A stretch of DNA of 63,825 nucleotides, filler included, from Octopus bimaculoides (taxonomy: Eukaryota): assembly GCF_001194135.2 (NCBI RefSeq). It is 8 parts of 8 records of this genome, joined end to end, with 100 filler letters (N's around TTAATTAATTAA, not from the genome) between each part and the next. Parts side by side here need not be neighbours in the genome. Positions count along the whole stretch, not along the records: positions 61,036 to 62,406 come from NC_068982.1; positions 62,507 to 63,825 come from NC_068995.1; 6 more parts are not named here. One strand, 5' to 3'. The translations under genes were made by a program, and so were the position numbers. Shown piece after piece: positions 62,056 through 63,825 of this stretch. Position 1 is the first letter of the stretch, and each line of letters begins with the position of its first letter. The notes under the pieces were generated by a model. That model was not told where the DNA came from, made no database searches, and saw nothing but the letters and a program-made list of their open reading frames with translations.

Positions 62056-62577
62056 ATGTATGTATCTATCTATCTTTACCTCACACAGGCACACATACTG
62101 TTGTATGTGTTTAGTTACATATTAACATACACATTTAAGTCTTTTGTTTCAGTCTTCGTTTACTTTTGTTTATGACAAGTTGTATATATATGTACCCCGC
62201 TCATTATACACGCACACATACATACATACATACATACAACTATACCCTGGAGCAATTCGGATACCCAGAACACCCTTCCACAATCCCCTCTCCAAACGTC
62301 AGTCTTCTAAAAGCTACTGCCGGCACCCTTATACATACCACGACGATGATGACCACCACCACCACCACCACCACCACCACAACCACTACCACCACCACAA
62401 CCACTANNNNNNNNNNNNNNNNNNNNNNNNNNNNNNNNNNNNNNNNNNNNTTAATTAATTAANNNNNNNNNNNNNNNNNNNNNNNNNNNNNNNNNNNNNN
62501 NNNNNNAGCATATATTTTCGAACATATTAAATTTGGCTGATATTTTCTGTATTTAAATATGTTTTTTCCTACTGTTG

Positions 62578-62775
62578 GCACAAAACGCGAAATTTTGTGG
62601 GGAGGTGGCCAATCGATAAGATCGACCGCAGTACGCAACTGGTACTTAATTTATCGACACCGAAAGGATGAAAGGCTAAGACGAACTCGGCAAAATTTGA
62701 ACTCAGAACGTAAAGACAAGCGAAATACCGCTAAGTATTTCGTCCAGCGTGCTAACGTCTCTGCCAGCTCGCCAA
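62578..62775 (-). mobile_element. SINE family B, CpG-intact
   Basis: Reverse complement GGCGAGCTGGCAGAGACGTTAGCACG...GAGTTCAAATT...AAGTACCAGTTGCGTACTGCGGTCGA. Confidence 0.88.
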
Positions 62776-63065
62776 CTTGTATCTAAATCTGTTGACACAA
62801 CGGAAACGATTGTCGGTAATGAATAGATGGCATAATCACCAATTAAAGATGTGATTTTCCTCCTTCTCATTCTTGTTGTCTTATACTCCAAATTTCTTAA
62901 AATTCATCTAAACGATATTTGGATTAACTTGTCATACGTAAGGAATTATCTTGGATTTTTAGTCTACTTGCATTTTACTGGTATCTGATTGTTGGAAATA
63001 GTTTACCAAAATCGTTTAACATTGAGTGTTTACTGATATCTGTCTGGTTTATTTAATACAATTTG

Positions 63066-63108
<43 letters not shown>

Positions 63109-63208
63109 NNNNNNNNNNNNNNNNNNNNNNNNNNNNNNNNNNNNNNNNNNNNNNNNNNNNNNNNNNNNNNNNNNNNNNNNNNNNNNNNNNNNNNNNNNNN
63201 NNNNNNNN

Positions 63209-63251
<43 letters not shown>

Positions 63252-63825
63252 CATACGTGCATGTATGCTTGTATATACGTATATATATGTGCGTTTGCCT
63301 GTGTTTTTTCTATGCGTATCTTATTTGTGTCGAATCGTACTGTAAAAGAATAAAGATACTAGAGTTACGTTTTGTATACCTCACAGTAGAGCAGCGTTTG
63401 TTGTGCCTTTCTTTGTATTTAGTGTGACAAATAAAGAAATGATTATTGGATTTGAGAGATGTGTTGCACTACTGCCAGAGAGTTTTAACTCAACTATACC
63501 CCTTCCCTTCCCTCACCCGTTGCTAACACTCAGTCTTTTCTACATTAGAGACATCAGCTTAGAAGCTGATTCTTTTGGGAAAGCAAACTCATTAGTGACA
63601 ACGATGATTTACATACAAGATAAAAAAATACAAGAAAACAATGAGAACGAAGGGGAGGGGAATGAATGAAATGACTGACTGAATGAAGAGTGAATGAATG
63701 AATGGCAGTTTGTCTGACTGAGAGTAAATGGATCGGTGACAGGGGCGGTTGGAGAACTTGATATGACACACTCTCTCTTTCTCCCCTTCTCTCTCTCCCC
63801 CTCTCTCTCCCCCTCTCTCCCCCTC

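Noticed and set aside
63403-63669. IIGFERCVALL resembling a GPCR TM3/DRY region
   Set aside because: No flanking transmembrane helices in frame; a single weak motif.

Overview
Eukaryotic, AT-rich, microsatellite-saturated draft-assembly DNA with many N gaps. The repeat families match what I recall of coleoid cephalopod (Octopus-like) genomes; this is an inference, not a database match. I found no host protein-coding gene, rRNA, true tRNA or CRISPR array that I can confidently identify, and nearly all listed ORFs are microsatellite or gap artefacts. The window is mostly repeats: several tRNA-derived SINE families, decayed RTE, CR1-group and R4/Dong LINEs, Penelope-like (GIY-YIG) remnants, a hAT-type transposon, a mariner fragment and a Helentron-associated element. 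Seven identical 100-bp spacers (44 N + TTAATTAATTAA + 44 N) show the window is a join of at least 8 pieces whose true adjacency is unverified. The most notable signal is about a dozen minimal type I hammerhead-ribozyme motifs, from intact to degenerate. They belong to several different short repeat families and have palindromic stem III sequences typical of dimer-acting Penelope-associated hammerheads. Two of them lie downstream of a tRNA-like Pol III head, suggesting a ribozyme-bearing SINE. A sharp CpG-depletion boundary near 16.1 kb and a few low-confidence candidate exons are also noted.
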